Source: a virus
Lineage: Duplodnaviria; Heunggongvirae; Uroviricota; Caudoviricetes
Reading direction: 5' to 3' (one strand)
Length of the DNA: 64,000 nt
IMG/VR virus record: IMGVR_UViG_3300042901_002340
A program made the translations under genes and the position numbers. Shown piece by piece: positions 11,046-21,785 of this stretch. Position 1 is the stretch's first letter. Each line of letters begins with the position of its first letter. Under the pieces are notes generated by a model. The model was not told the origin of the DNA. It saw nothing but the letters and a program-made list of their open reading frames with translations, and made no database searches.

Positions 11046-11534
11046 CTAAAACAATTTTCTAATTTTTCTTTTTGATAAAATGCTGTATTTTACTTCCAGC
11101 TCATTTATGATAATCTCCTTATATTTTATGGGAGTTATTTCATAAGCTTTAGCGTATGGTATTTGAACATAATCACAGATCGAGACAAATTTTTCAGAAA
11201 ATGAATATTCGGTATCCTCTAATTTTTCAAGTATTTCCTGAAATAGGTGCGGAACCAGATCTTTCGGTATCTTTTTTTTGTAGCTTAATGGAAACCATCT
11301 AGAAGTTTGAAATGCTTCATAAACTAATTCCTCTAATCTTTTTTTATGTAGGTAATCCTCCTCATCGTAGGATTCACTTAATATGTTATGGCTTTGATCT
11401 ATATCAAAGCTATCATTATAATCGTTATCCTTTGTGGGATTATTATGAGCTCCAAATATCTTATCACCAAGCTGTTTTTTTGCAACATCAGGGGTTTCGT
11501 TTCCGTTCCCTTCTGTCTCTTGGATTTCTTCCAT
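11046..11534 (-). CDS. Hypothetical protein
   Basis: 162 aa ORF in replication operon. Confidence 0.7.
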   Translation of the reverse strand: MEEIQETEGNGNETPDVAKKQLGDKIFGAHNNPTKDNDYNDSFDIDQSHNILSESYDEEDYLHKKRLEELVYEAFQTSRWFPLSYKKKIPKDLVPHLFQEILEKLEDTEYSFSEKFVSICDYVQIPYAKAYEITPIKYKEIIINELEVKYSILSKRKIRKLF

Positions 11535-11550
11535 TTTTTAATGGTTATTT

Positions 11551-12849
11551 TTACTCTACGTGCATAGGTACATTAACGTCTTCAGTAATTCTCATATACT
11601 TATAATCAACGCTAAATACCTTGTAGGCATTTTTATAGCCATCATCTCTATTTGCTAGAATTTTCAATTTATATTCCTTATTAGCATACATAATTGGATC
11701 TTGTATGATACCAAACATTCCGTCAACAGTAGCAACAAGACCTGATGATTCGGCTGCGGAGTTAATACTTAAATCAGAAGCATCAAAATCACCTTGCTTT
11801 GTTTGAGTAGCTGTAATAATTGACCAATTGTTTTGCATGGCCATACCCCTTAAATCCTCAGCAATTTGTTTAATCTTCATATAAGTATTCTCCGAATTTG
11901 CATTCCTCCAGTTCTTCATAATATTAATATAATCCACCACAATCACCTTAAATTTAATTCCCTTAATTTCCTCCATCTTCTTCAAATACCTTTCGATGTC
12001 ATTAACGGATGCTTGAGAAGTTGGAAACTCCTTTATCGTTAAATGACCAGGAACCTTCAGATTGTCGTACATCATCGATCCCAATTTTTTCTTCATTGCT
12101 TGTTCATCGTCAGCAATTTTATTATATTCAGATACAGGAACACCGAGTATATTTGCTCCCATTCTCTTAACATATTTACGATCACTCATCTCCAGAGATA
12201 ATACTGCAACATTATGGCCAGTTTTAACTGCCTGTGCTGCTATATTACCAAGCCATAATGATTTACCAACTTTAGGCATACCCATGAACACATAAAGTGC
12301 TTTAGCAGAAAATCCCCCACCAAGAACAGTATCTATAAATGGGAATCCGCTCGAGAATGTGTTTTGAGTTAGCTGCTTGTGATTCTCAGGATTGAAGAAA
12401 TCCAGACCCTCATCAAAGCTAAAGTTTATACTATTTCTTTCAACTATTATATTCTTGAAAGTATCAATAACAGTTTTTATATTCTCCGAAGAAACAGGAG
12501 TTGATTGGATATACTTTAATCCATCAACAGCAGATTTTGTTAGATTTTTATATTCAACAAAAAATTCAGTTGTCTCCTTTAACCAAACATCCTCATATTT
12601 GGAGAGATCTATGGAATATATCGATCTTATTTCCGAGTGATCAACCATATTACCACCCTTCATTTTGAAAGCTTCAACCATCTGTTCAGCCGAAGGCATT
12701 TCGTGATACTTATCCCAAAATTCCTTAACCCCAGTAAAAATGATACCTAATGATTCATTCTTAAAGAAATCGGGTTTACATGTATCTAGATATGGTGAAT
12801 TTTGAAGTATATACCTAAGTATTACGTTTTCAGAGTGTGTTAAATCCAT
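11551..12849 (-). CDS. Replicative helicase (gp41/DnaB-like)
   Basis: GMPKVGKS Walker A, SLEMS, IVVDYIN, TATQT motifs. Confidence 0.93.
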   Translation of the reverse strand: MDLTHSENVILRYILQNSPYLDTCKPDFFKNESLGIIFTGVKEFWDKYHEMPSAEQMVEAFKMKGGNMVDHSEIRSIYSIDLSKYEDVWLKETTEFFVEYKNLTKSAVDGLKYIQSTPVSSENIKTVIDTFKNIIVERNSINFSFDEGLDFFNPENHKQLTQNTFSSGFPFIDTVLGGGFSAKALYVFMGMPKVGKSLWLGNIAAQAVKTGHNVAVLSLEMSDRKYVKRMGANILGVPVSEYNKIADDEQAMKKKLGSMMYDNLKVPGHLTIKEFPTSQASVNDIERYLKKMEEIKGIKFKVIVVDYINIMKNWRNANSENTYMKIKQIAEDLRGMAMQNNWSIITATQTKQGDFDASDLSINSAAESSGLVATVDGMFGIIQDPIMYANKEYKLKILANRDDGYKNAYKVFSVDYKYMRITEDVNVPMHVE

Positions 12850-12852
12850 TTT

Positions 12853-13152
12853 TTAATTTTTATAATATGGGTTATTGTTTATCTTATACCATATCTTACT
12901 TGCAGTGCTTTTTTTTGTTTCTATAAAATCCCCATCTTCAATCATTTTTTTGATTATCTGGCCGTGGGAATCGCTTTCCCATCTGGAACCAAATATTGAA
13001 TTAAATGTTTGCGGTGAGAATTCCCCATTGGGTCTCTTATCTTTAAGAAGATATAGACTAATCTCGTAGACTATATCTTCCTTAGTTGGATAATTGGGTA
13101 GGGTCTTCCAAACACCCATAAGATATTTGAATTTTATATTATTCTTCTCCAT
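12853..13152 (-). CDS. Hypothetical protein
   Basis: 99 aa ORF between UvsX and helicase. Confidence 0.7.
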   Translation of the reverse strand: MEKNNIKFKYLMGVWKTLPNYPTKEDIVYEISLYLLKDKRPNGEFSPQTFNSIFGSRWESDSHGQIIKKMIEDGDFIETKKSTASKIWYKINNNPYYKN

Positions 13153-14338
13153 CAGAATCTAAATCTTCATCATCAAGATCATCTCCCAATGTACCGAGTA
13201 ATTCAGAATGGTCTGCAAGATCGGGAAATTTGAATTTATCCTGTATAACTTTATTATCGAGCATCTCTAAAACCTCCTGCGTAAATACTTTCTCGGTAAA
13301 TAGTTCAGTAGAAGCAACGGTTTTACCCAGATGTCTAACCCCCCATCTTGTTGAGGATGCGCTTGGTTTAAATACCATCTCTTTTTTACCCTCTAGATTC
13401 TTAACTTCCTCGAATTTACCTCTTTCTATACCACAAACTTCCCAAGAAACATAATCTTGTAAACCAACATACGGATTCATACCATTGGAAAATGAAATAT
13501 GAAATTTTATAGGTTCGGGTATAGTAAATCTACTTTTCTTAAGTGTTGAAGTACAAACAATACCTGTTTTTGTACCAGCTCCGTCTTTCAATTGCGCTTT
13601 CGATAAAAATGCAACAACAGACATAGCGAAGATAGGTCCATCGCCACCAGAACTTTCCTTAGTCGGTATATAAGCACCGCCACCTGCATAAACGTGATTC
13701 GTACAGATAAGTGGGACTTTAGCAGCAGTAAGATCAAGAGTGATCACACGGAATAACTTTCTAAGCTCCTTAGCTTTAGCACCCATATCGGATGCATTAT
13801 GTCCTTTCATAGCATCAGCAAGTTCTTTGTCTGTGCTTAACATCCCAAGTGAATCCAAAACAATAAGAATTTTTGGACTTTCACCATTAGCTTTGGACTT
13901 CTTAACCATGTCAAGAACGTTTGAAACAAACGTTTGAAACTGAGACACAGTCTGTATTGGTTGATAACGGATCTTATTCATATCGATACCAAATTTAACA
14001 GCTCCTGATTTATCAATAGCTCCTTCAGTATCACAATAGATAACATCATATCCGATCTTTTGTGCTTCTCTAACCACATTTAGACAGAAGAATGATTTGC
14101 CTGTACCGGGATCACCCATTACTCCGAAAGATCTTGAATTAGGAACTCCTCCAAATAAGGATCCAGAAATTTGTGCATTCAATAAATAATTACCGGTGGG
14201 TATCCATTCATCGACTTCACTAAAAGTATTGGTTGCTAGTATCGATCCAGTTTCGAATCCTGAGATTTTAGATAATGCTTTGTCCATGTTCATAAAGGAG
14301 AAACCAGACGATGATTTTGTTGTTGTAGCTTTAGCCAT
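13139..14338 (-). CDS. uvsX: RecA-like recombinase (UvsX)
   Basis: GDPGTGKS Walker A, DTEGA, VLDSLGML, TNHVY, SGGDG. Confidence 0.93.
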   Translation of the reverse strand: MAKATTTKSSSGFSFMNMDKALSKISGFETGSILATNTFSEVDEWIPTGNYLLNAQISGSLFGGVPNSRSFGVMGDPGTGKSFFCLNVVREAQKIGYDVIYCDTEGAIDKSGAVKFGIDMNKIRYQPIQTVSQFQTFVSNVLDMVKKSKANGESPKILIVLDSLGMLSTDKELADAMKGHNASDMGAKAKELRKLFRVITLDLTAAKVPLICTNHVYAGGGAYIPTKESSGGDGPIFAMSVVAFLSKAQLKDGAGTKTGIVCTSTLKKSRFTIPEPIKFHISFSNGMNPYVGLQDYVSWEVCGIERGKFEEVKNLEGKKEMVFKPSASSTRWGVRHLGKTVASTELFTEKVFTQEVLEMLDNKVIQDKFKFPDLADHSELLGTLGDDLDDEDLDSDGEE

Positions 14339-14611
14339 ATTACATTAATATTTTTATCTATTATAATATGGAAAATCTTATCTTTTGTTTCTTTTTTAAA
14401 TGAATTATTAAGATTAGGGTTCTTATTCTATTTAAAAATTGGGACCTATGATTAGGGGTTTGTAGATATAATAAAATTAAAGTTTGGGCTCTAAGATGTA
14501 TTAGATAAGTAATAGATTCTTCACCAGGGGGAAAATTAAGATAATTATCTTACGGGGTATTTTCTTTTTTGTTTCTTTTTTTTAACTCTTTAACAAAACT
14601 TTAACGTTTAC

Positions 14612-15625
14612 CTAAATCTTTAGAGGTTTTACTGGTAATAATAATTCTTTTATCTTTTTTTGGTTTTTTACCATTCTATCAGTATCCCTTTGTAATTCTT
14701 TAAATCCCTCCTTTGTTTTTACCTGGTATTTCTTTTTTGTTACTGCTCTAACGACCTCTGCAGCTTCCTCTGCACACGGATCATCCTTTTCGGACCAAAT
14801 ATCCTCCGTTGACGTTTCAATCTGTAATTTTCTTAGATCTTTCCTGAATTTCTGAACTACTGCGGGTAAGTTTTTTTCTGCCTCTCTATCTATTAGTTGT
14901 TCTTGCTCACCTCCTGGTTTGGGTAATCTGATCTCTTCTGTGTCTGCTTCTCCATTAACATATTTTCCAAGTTGTTTTAAACCTCTTCTGAGAACCTTAT
15001 CTACATCCTTTTCAGCTATTTTTCTATCCATTTCATCGGCTTTTGAAATTTCACTTAATATTGCTGTTGCTTTGATTACTAACTGATTACCAGTTGAAAG
15101 ATATTCATTTGATTCGAATCCTTCGTTATGTTTTCCTAAAAACTCCCTGCACCATTTATCAAGAACACCCCCACCTCCTACTGGTATTATCTGCTTCAAC
15201 TTTTCTGATATCTCGTCTAGTTGTTTCTTTCTTCCTGCTGACAATCCGCCATCTTTTTCATAGTTCGACTTATTTGTCATATCTCCACCTCCAGCTTCAC
15301 TAATTATCGACTGTACAGTTTTTATCGACTGTTGTAGGAATGATATCATATCGCTACCTGATTCTAAAGCCCTTTTACGTAAATCTGTTCCTTCGAGACT
15401 TCTAAGAACACTGTCTATCGTATTTGCTGCATCAAAAATCATGCTTTGTAATATTTCAGCTCTATATAATTGATCCTGAACCTGTGTATTATATGCTGGA
15501 TCTTCTTTCTTGCCTAGTACTGTTCCGCTAAGAGCACCTTTACCAACACCACCTGTCCATTGTCTTGCTCTATTTAACCAAGATCCGAAGCTTTCGTTTA
15601 TTATATTTTCTCTATTATTAGACAT
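14612..15625 (-). CDS. Hypothetical, probable internal head protein
   Basis: Charged helical protein with N-terminal IINESF motif. Confidence 0.55.
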   Translation of the reverse strand: MSNNRENIINESFGSWLNRARQWTGGVGKGALSGTVLGKKEDPAYNTQVQDQLYRAEILQSMIFDAANTIDSVLRSLEGTDLRKRALESGSDMISFLQQSIKTVQSIISEAGGGDMTNKSNYEKDGGLSAGRKKQLDEISEKLKQIIPVGGGGVLDKWCREFLGKHNEGFESNEYLSTGNQLVIKATAILSEISKADEMDRKIAEKDVDKVLRRGLKQLGKYVNGEADTEEIRLPKPGGEQEQLIDREAEKNLPAVVQKFRKDLRKLQIETSTEDIWSEKDDPCAEEAAEVVRAVTKKKYQVKTKEGFKELQRDTDRMVKNQKKIKELLLPVKPLKI

Positions 15626-16348
15626 TTACTTTTTACCTAGTATGTTTTTAGCGCTATCTGTTATAATGTCCAGATATTTTTTAGCTGTTGTTTTATTTTC
15701 GTCAGATTCTGATTCCATGTTTTGTAAGCATAATAATGCTCCCTGCTTATAAACTTTTATCGCCTGCATATAATAATCAAGAACTTGACCAATCTTCATG
15801 TAATATAAACCCCTGGATTTGTCTAGCTGTGAATTTACTTCCATTCTCAACTGTTTAGCCTCCTCCTCATATTGGGAATCTGTTATCTTTTTGGTGTCTT
15901 GTTTTGATTTTAATTCCTGCATATTTTTTTTAAATGCATCAAGTACCACGCCTTCGGGATCAAATGCATTCAATGATGATAGTTGGCCCTTGGATGAATT
16001 TTTCCAATCCCCACCAACGTAGTCACTTATCTTTTCAATCTCGTTCCACAATTTCTTATGTGATTCGTATGTTGGTTTTATATTTCCAATTAGAGCAACT
16101 ATTCTATTTGCTGCAGTACTTCCTTTATCTGGATTTATAGGAGCTACATTGGTAGACATACTATTTAGTACCGTTGATGCCTGTGTTAAAAATATGGTAT
16201 ACAATCCAGCTGAGTCGTCACCTGTATCTTGTTTAGGTATATCCATATTATCCCTATAAGGATCTCCTGTTTTTGACGGGGTGTTCTGTTCTACTGGATC
16301 TCCTTTTTTCTCATAGATTCTAAAATCGTGAAAGCTTTTTATTTTCAT
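15626..16348 (-). CDS. Hypothetical, probable internal head protein
   Basis: N-terminal [13 protein letters not shown] motif. Confidence 0.55.
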   Translation of the reverse strand: MKIKSFHDFRIYEKKGDPVEQNTPSKTGDPYRDNMDIPKQDTGDDSAGLYTIFLTQASTVLNSMSTNVAPINPDKGSTAANRIVALIGNIKPTYESHKKLWNEIEKISDYVGGDWKNSSKGQLSSLNAFDPEGVVLDAFKKNMQELKSKQDTKKITDSQYEEEAKQLRMEVNSQLDKSRGLYYMKIGQVLDYYMQAIKVYKQGALLCLQNMESESDENKTTAKKYLDIITDSAKNILGKK

Positions 16349-17772
16349 TATTTTACCTTTCCGCTAACTATATCTTGTATTTTAGCTTGTATTTTTGGGT
16401 CTGTCCAGTTTTTTACCATTGTTTGAAATTCAGAAGTTAGTTTTTTACCATCTTCCGTTGATTTAATAAGATCATCGCCAGTGCTTCCACCGATTATTTT
16501 TGCAGTTCTTCTTATTGCCTCTTCTGTATTCTTACCATATCCTCCATCAGCTTTTATTTTCTGACCCTCCGGAAGTATTTTATTTAATTCGTTTTGAAAA
16601 TCCTTAATTGTCTGATAATTAGGTCCGCTTTTTTTAAGATTTTCCTTCTCAACATTACCAGATTTTATTTCTTTAGGACCTTCTCCCTCTTTTTCTTCTG
16701 GTTTTTTCTCTTCCTCTTTCTTCTTAGCTTCGTCCTCTTTCTTCTTAGCTTCAGCAGCAGCTTGTTTATTAACAAGTTCCATTGCTTTTGTTTTAATCTC
16801 TTTAGCCTTACCTTCGACAGAAGTAAGACTATCTGTTACTTCCTTATCGATTTTAAGCTGGGCTGTAAATTTACCAGTTGCATCATTCATTGCTACTTGG
16901 ATCTTGTCAACTTCTCCGGGAATAGCTTCTAATCTATCCTTTCTTTCTCTCCTCTTCATTTTATCCCATGTATCATCTTTAGATAACTCATCGGCTAATT
17001 TATTCATTGAAGCATAAGCTGTTTGAGCTGCTTGCTTATAACTGCTATCCATTGTTGTGTCTGCAATTGTTTTAAATTGTGACATTTTTGGGGTTATAAT
17101 TGTGCTAAGTAACTCAGCTCTTCTTTCTGGGAATAGATTCTTGTCAAATAATCCTTCGTTTATTCTCTTATTTGAATTTACCCAATCTTGAAAAGATTCT
17201 CTAACAGGGGCTTTTGCTTTTTTAAGTTCAGCAGCAAGCTCAGTTACATATTTATTAATAGAAGCATCTATTCTTTTATTGATTCCATCTAATGATTTTT
17301 TACCCTCCTCTGATGTCACCAATGTGGTGTAAGCTTTCTTTAGATCGTCGCTAAATCCTTTAACATCACCTCCTATTTGTCCTTTATAGTCACCATTAAG
17401 TTTTTGTGATACTTTATTAAGAACCTCGGCCATAGTGTCGCCTTTTTTAGTTGCATCAGTTTGTTGTGATACACTTTGAAGATCTGCAACTACATCGGAA
17501 TAACCACCATCTATACCAGAAACTAATATAAAGTAGATATCAACAAAAGCATTATATAATTGGTCAGCTACAGAAGTTGCAGCTGTTGGTTTCGTTGAAT
17601 CCTCTTTCTTTTCCGCTGGTGCAGGTGTAGTTGGAGCTGGTGTGCTTCCCGCAGCTGGTGCAGGTGTAGTTGGAGCTGGTGTGCTTCCCGCAGCTGGTGC
17701 AGGTGTAGTTGGAGCTGGTGGATCTGCTTCGAATATTTTACTATATCCACTAAAATCTAATACTCTTTTCAT
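16348..17772 (-). CDS. Probable virion protein with Pro/Thr/Ala repeats and C-terminal peptidoglycan-binding-like motif
   Basis: [13 protein letters not shown] repeats; IKDFQNELN...[13 protein letters not shown] resembles PG_binding_1. Confidence 0.65.
   Translation of the reverse strand: MKRVLDFSGYSKIFEADPPAPTTPAPAAGSTPAPTTPAPAAGSTPAPTTPAPAEKKEDSTKPTAATSVADQLYNAFVDIYFILVSGIDGGYSDVVADLQSVSQQTDATKKGDTMAEVLNKVSQKLNGDYKGQIGGDVKGFSDDLKKAYTTLVTSEEGKKSLDGINKRIDASINKYVTELAAELKKAKAPVRESFQDWVNSNKRINEGLFDKNLFPERRAELLSTIITPKMSQFKTIADTTMDSSYKQAAQTAYASMNKLADELSKDDTWDKMKRRERKDRLEAIPGEVDKIQVAMNDATGKFTAQLKIDKEVTDSLTSVEGKAKEIKTKAMELVNKQAAAEAKKKEDEAKKKEEEKKPEEKEGEGPKEIKSGNVEKENLKKSGPNYQTIKDFQNELNKILPEGQKIKADGGYGKNTEEAIRRTAKIIGGSTGDDLIKSTEDGKKLTSEFQTMVKNWTDPKIQAKIQDIVSGKVK
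17615..17720. repeat. 39-nt tandem repeat (about 2.7 copies)
   Basis: gctggtgcaggtgtagttggagctggtgtgcttcccgca repeated; encodes [13 protein letters not shown]. Confidence 0.9.
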
Positions 17773-17859
17773 ATTGTTTTGATATAAATTTTATTGTATA
17801 TATCAAACAAAAAAACCATAACTAGAAGCTATGGTAATAATTGGAATATTATGCTGATT

Positions 17860-18843
17860 TTATTTGGAATAGTGGGATATCCAATGATCTATCATCTCAT
17901 CCAGCATGGATTCAAAAGTGTATTTAGGTTGCCATCCGGTTTCTTTTCTAAGCTTTGTTGAGTCTCCTTTTAGATCCTCCAGTTCTTCAGGTCTTAGAAA
18001 TTTAGGATCCGTTTCTATAAACTCATTCCAATCAAGATTGAGTTTTCTGAATACGTACTCCACAAGATCTTGAACTGAATGGGATACACCGGTTGAACAA
18101 ACATAATCTCCGGATTTCCCCTGTTGTAACATAATCCACATTGCTTCAACATAATCCTTTGCATGTCCCCAATCTCTAGTCGCATTTAGATTGCCTAAAA
18201 CGAGCTTTTTTTCCAAACCCATATAAATCCTTACCGCGGTCTTGACAACCTTGTTTGTGACAAAATTCGTGCCTCTACGGGGTGATTCGTGATTGAATAG
18301 AATACCATTGCTTATGAACATTCCGTATGAATTTCTATAATTCCTGCATATGTTGTAGGAGAAAACTTTCGCGCACCCGTAAGGAGAAACTGGATTCATT
18401 GGGGTTGTCTCCCTTTGGTATCCATCTTCGTCTATAGAATTACCAAACATCTCCGATGAGGAAGCTTGATATATTTTTATTTTTGAATTGTGTAGCCTTA
18501 TGGCTTCTAATAGATTTAATGTGCCTATACCTGTTGCCTGTGCAGTATAAACTGGTTGATCGAATGATATTCTAACATGAGATTGTGCAGCTAAATTATA
18601 AACCTCCGAGGGATCGGATATTTTTAATGCATGTAACAAGGACGGCACATCCAAAAGATCTGCATATATCAGATTATCTTTTATCTTATTGTATATCGAA
18701 TCAAGTCTTGCTGTTTGGTTTTCTGATACTGAGTTTCTTTTGATAGTTCCAAATACCTCGTAACCTTTTTCTATTAGAAATTCCGCAAGATAACTACCAT
18801 CCTGGCCATTAATTCCCGTTATTAGTGCTCTTCTTTTTTCCAT
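17860..18843 (-). CDS. gmd: GDP-mannose 4,6-dehydratase
   Basis: ALITGINGQDGSYLAE, NLAAQSHV, YQASSSEMFG, SPYGCAK, RDWGHAKDYV. Confidence 0.97.
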   Translation of the reverse strand: MEKRRALITGINGQDGSYLAEFLIEKGYEVFGTIKRNSVSENQTARLDSIYNKIKDNLIYADLLDVPSLLHALKISDPSEVYNLAAQSHVRISFDQPVYTAQATGIGTLNLLEAIRLHNSKIKIYQASSSEMFGNSIDEDGYQRETTPMNPVSPYGCAKVFSYNICRNYRNSYGMFISNGILFNHESPRRGTNFVTNKVVKTAVRIYMGLEKKLVLGNLNATRDWGHAKDYVEAMWIMLQQGKSGDYVCSTGVSHSVQDLVEYVFRKLNLDWNEFIETDPKFLRPEELEDLKGDSTKLRKETGWQPKYTFESMLDEMIDHWISHYSK

Positions 18844-18848
18844 GTATA

Positions 18849-19775
18849 TTATAGTCTAACTTTTGGATAGTTTTCATTAAACCAAGAGATTGATTTTTTA
18901 AGTCCATCCCTTATTGGTGTGAATTCAAAATCAGGAAACATTTCTCTAATTACTGAATTGTCGCTTGGTTTTCTATACTGACCATCTGGTTTGGTTTTAT
19001 CAAATATAATATTCCCATCATATTCCATTAAATCAGCAATGATTTCAACTACTGCACCTATTGATATTTCTTCAGATGTAGATAAAATTACTGGATCGGA
19101 TCCATCATAATTATCATATAAGAGCCTTGTTAATTTTGCAACATCTTCAGAAAATATAAATTCCCTTAGTGGTGTACCTGATCCCCATACTTTAAATTCT
19201 GTATTATTCTTTTTAGCTAGATACATTTTATGTATTAGCATAGGTATAACGTGTCCGGATTCTAAGTTATAATTATCCGCTGGTCCATATATGTTGCACG
19301 GTATTACACTAAAGTAATTTACTCCGTATTGCTCCTTATATGCTCTTATTTGAACTTCTGCCATTCTTTTCGCGTATGCGTATGCGTAATTAGATGGATG
19401 TGGTGGACCAAGATGTATTTTATCCGGTGTTAATGGGTATTCCACATTGTCTGGAAAAACACAGGTTGAAAGGAATGCAACAAATTTGTTTATTCCGAAT
19501 TTTCTTGCTGATTCTATTATTGCGGTATTCATGGATATATTTTCATAGAAGAATTTACCCTGTCCGTTCATATTACCCTGTATTCCACCAACCCTTGCTG
19601 CACAATGTATAATACCATCTGATAATTCTCCATTTTTCTCCGACCATTTAAAATGATCATCTATGTATTTTTGATTGATAAGATTTAGATCTGCTGATCC
19701 TAGTCTCTCGTATTCCTCCCCCTTAAATTGAGAACCAACCAGACCATAAGCACCTGTTACTAATATCTTTTTCAT
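18849..19775 (-). CDS. fcl: GDP-L-fucose synthase
   Basis: GAYGLVG, AARVGGI, LSTCVFP, YAYAKR, GHVIP, WGSGTPLREF, KPDG. Confidence 0.95.
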   Translation of the reverse strand: MKKILVTGAYGLVGSQFKGEEYERLGSADLNLINQKYIDDHFKWSEKNGELSDGIIHCAARVGGIQGNMNGQGKFFYENISMNTAIIESARKFGINKFVAFLSTCVFPDNVEYPLTPDKIHLGPPHPSNYAYAYAKRMAEVQIRAYKEQYGVNYFSVIPCNIYGPADNYNLESGHVIPMLIHKMYLAKKNNTEFKVWGSGTPLREFIFSEDVAKLTRLLYDNYDGSDPVILSTSEEISIGAVVEIIADLMEYDGNIIFDKTKPDGQYRKPSDNSVIREMFPDFEFTPIRDGLKKSISWFNENYPKVRL

Positions 19776-20590
19776 TATATCATGTTTTTATATTTTTTTA
19801 CATATTCCTGGTTATTATAATATTCCAAGGTTTCATGTGTACTCAATGTCTCTAGATGGTTATAAATGTCCCAATTTTCTCTGAAAAAATTATTAGCAGG
19901 ACTGCTGTCATCCCCTCTATGATGTTCCAAATGGTAAACCATAAAACTATCAATCCATCTAACATTCAGCCCAAGTTTAACAAATCTCTTTCCTCTTTCT
20001 TTATCTTCAGGACCATAAGATACAAAATTCTCATTTTCCCCTCCGTATGCTCTATATGATTTTGTGTTAAAGAATATACAATGCCCATATTCTGTGTAAT
20101 AATCAGAAAACAGTGAAGGGTCCGAATCTATATAATTAAGATCCAAATTATTATCGAATAGATTGGAATGTATATTTGATGTCTGTAAAACCGTTCTCTG
20201 AGTCATTCCACCAAAAGAATATGGATATAAAACATCAACCCCCTCATCTAATATCATTCTTACAGATTCTGTATAAACATCGGGCTTCATTATAACATCT
20301 ACATCGTAATTAGCAACGACTGGAGTTTTAACTTCATCCAACATTATGTTTAGATACTTTGTCCTATGAAATGCTTCTTCAGGTTTTTCTACCCAATGCT
20401 TTATTTCTATATTTTTTAGATCATCCAGAAAATCTAGTTTAGATTCACCCTCGGATATTTCATATATAAAAACATTTGTTGCGAAATTTTTATTTATGTA
20501 ACTCAATACTGTTTTTGCGTTATTATACCTGTCCGGATGTTCTACTAAAACAGGTATAATGATTGTGCAATTTTTTAAATCTCTAACCAT
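19775..20590 (-). CDS. GT-A glycosyltransferase with GT7 C-terminal-like motif
   Basis: FHRTKYLN, YDVD, GGENENFVSYGPED, HLEH. Confidence 0.75.
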   Translation of the reverse strand: MVRDLKNCTIIIPVLVEHPDRYNNAKTVLSYINKNFATNVFIYEISEGESKLDFLDDLKNIEIKHWVEKPEEAFHRTKYLNIMLDEVKTPVVANYDVDVIMKPDVYTESVRMILDEGVDVLYPYSFGGMTQRTVLQTSNIHSNLFDNNLDLNYIDSDPSLFSDYYTEYGHCIFFNTKSYRAYGGENENFVSYGPEDKERGKRFVKLGLNVRWIDSFMVYHLEHHRGDDSSPANNFFRENWDIYNHLETLSTHETLEYYNNQEYVKKYKNMI

Positions 20591-21302
20591 TTCTTAATTC
20601 TCTTTTTTTATCCTCCCCGCCTTTATCTAGAAAAACTATCGTTGGACTAGCTATGTCTTCATATTCGCTGGGGCAAGAAAACCCAACACCTAATATCGAG
20701 TCTGGCGGGTTGTCCATGAAATATCTATTTATGTGTGATTCGTCATGCCAGATTGCTATTATCCCGTCATTAAGATCCAGATCTATGTTTTCTTTAATTT
20801 TTTCTGACATTGTTATAAATGAATTGGAGTCAGCTCCAAAAAATCCTCCGCAAAAATAATGTTTATTTTTTCCCCTTTCTATAAATGCTCTTGATCTTGG
20901 ATTTAATTCTGGTGTTCCTAGTGGATTCCATTTTTCTATAAGTACAAATCCTGGATGTAATGTTCCTATTAATCCAAAATCTCTTTTTATTATATTTGAT
21001 AAGGGAAGTGGTTTTCTAAATATGCTATCGACATCTATATAGAATGAAAAATCAGATTCCAATATTTCTTTTTTTGCGGATAGGAAATAATGGAATCTTT
21101 TAAGTGTTGGCATAGGCCATGGTTCATTATCTATATGTACTTTTTTAATATCCGATGAATCAAAATCCTGGTCTGAATTGGTATACACTATAAAGATTAA
21201 TTCACAGTCATTAACAAACATATTTCTTGCTGATTCTATTATATCATCCAGAAATACTGTGTAATTATTAGTTGCTATGAGGTTTAATGTAACTTTTTTC
21301 AT
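20583..21302 (-). CDS. Family 6 glycosyltransferase (ABO/alpha-1,3-Gal or GalNAc transferase-like)
   Basis: IATNNY, WPMPTLKRF, DVD, GTLHPGF, YFCGGFFG, WHDESHINRYF are GT6 signatures. Confidence 0.9.
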   Translation of the reverse strand: MKKVTLNLIATNNYTVFLDDIIESARNMFVNDCELIFIVYTNSDQDFDSSDIKKVHIDNEPWPMPTLKRFHYFLSAKKEILESDFSFYIDVDSIFRKPLPLSNIIKRDFGLIGTLHPGFVLIEKWNPLGTPELNPRSRAFIERGKNKHYFCGGFFGADSNSFITMSEKIKENIDLDLNDGIIAIWHDESHINRYFMDNPPDSILGVGFSCPSEYEDIASPTIVFLDKGGEDKKRELRNG

Positions 21303-21350
21303 TCACTTTTTAATTTTATAGTAAGAAACACTTTAATTATTTCCCGACCG

Positions 21351-21785
21351 TTAATATTTAGCTATAAAATCACTACATATACCAATACATAGATTTAATT
21401 GGTCGTCGTTTATTTCCGGCATAACTGCAATACTTTTATCTATTGGTTGCTTTCCTGGATATGCCCATATATAATTTGTCGAAGTTAGAGTGATTGTATC
21501 TGTTTCGTGCCAAAAATAATTAAAATCATATTGTGTGATTTTAAAAAAAATAACAGCATCCATATTTTTACAATGTATCCATAATTTGGTCAATCTGTCT
21601 CTAAACCATCTAAAATCTACACCATATTGAGGTTTATCGTGACCTAGATATAAAACACCGTCAACATACCACACATCAACTTCAACATCAAAACCTTTAT
21701 TTATTGCTAAATCAATATATGTTGGTTCATTTTCCCATGATTCCATTGGACCATTCGTGTTTCCTCTGTGTGCAATCAGTATCAT
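21351..21785 (-). CDS. GDPD/PLC-like phosphodiesterase-fold protein
   Basis: IAHRGN, DVEVDVW, LGHD, WIHCKN, GICSD. Confidence 0.75.
   Translation of the reverse strand: MILIAHRGNTNGPMESWENEPTYIDLAINKGFDVEVDVWYVDGVLYLGHDKPQYGVDFRWFRDRLTKLWIHCKNMDAVIFFKITQYDFNYFWHETDTITLTSTNYIWAYPGKQPIDKSIAVMPEINDDQLNLCIGICSDFIAKY

Noticed and set aside
14340-14610. Replication origin in AT-rich gap upstream of uvsX
   Set aside because: No iterons or other clear support beyond AT richness
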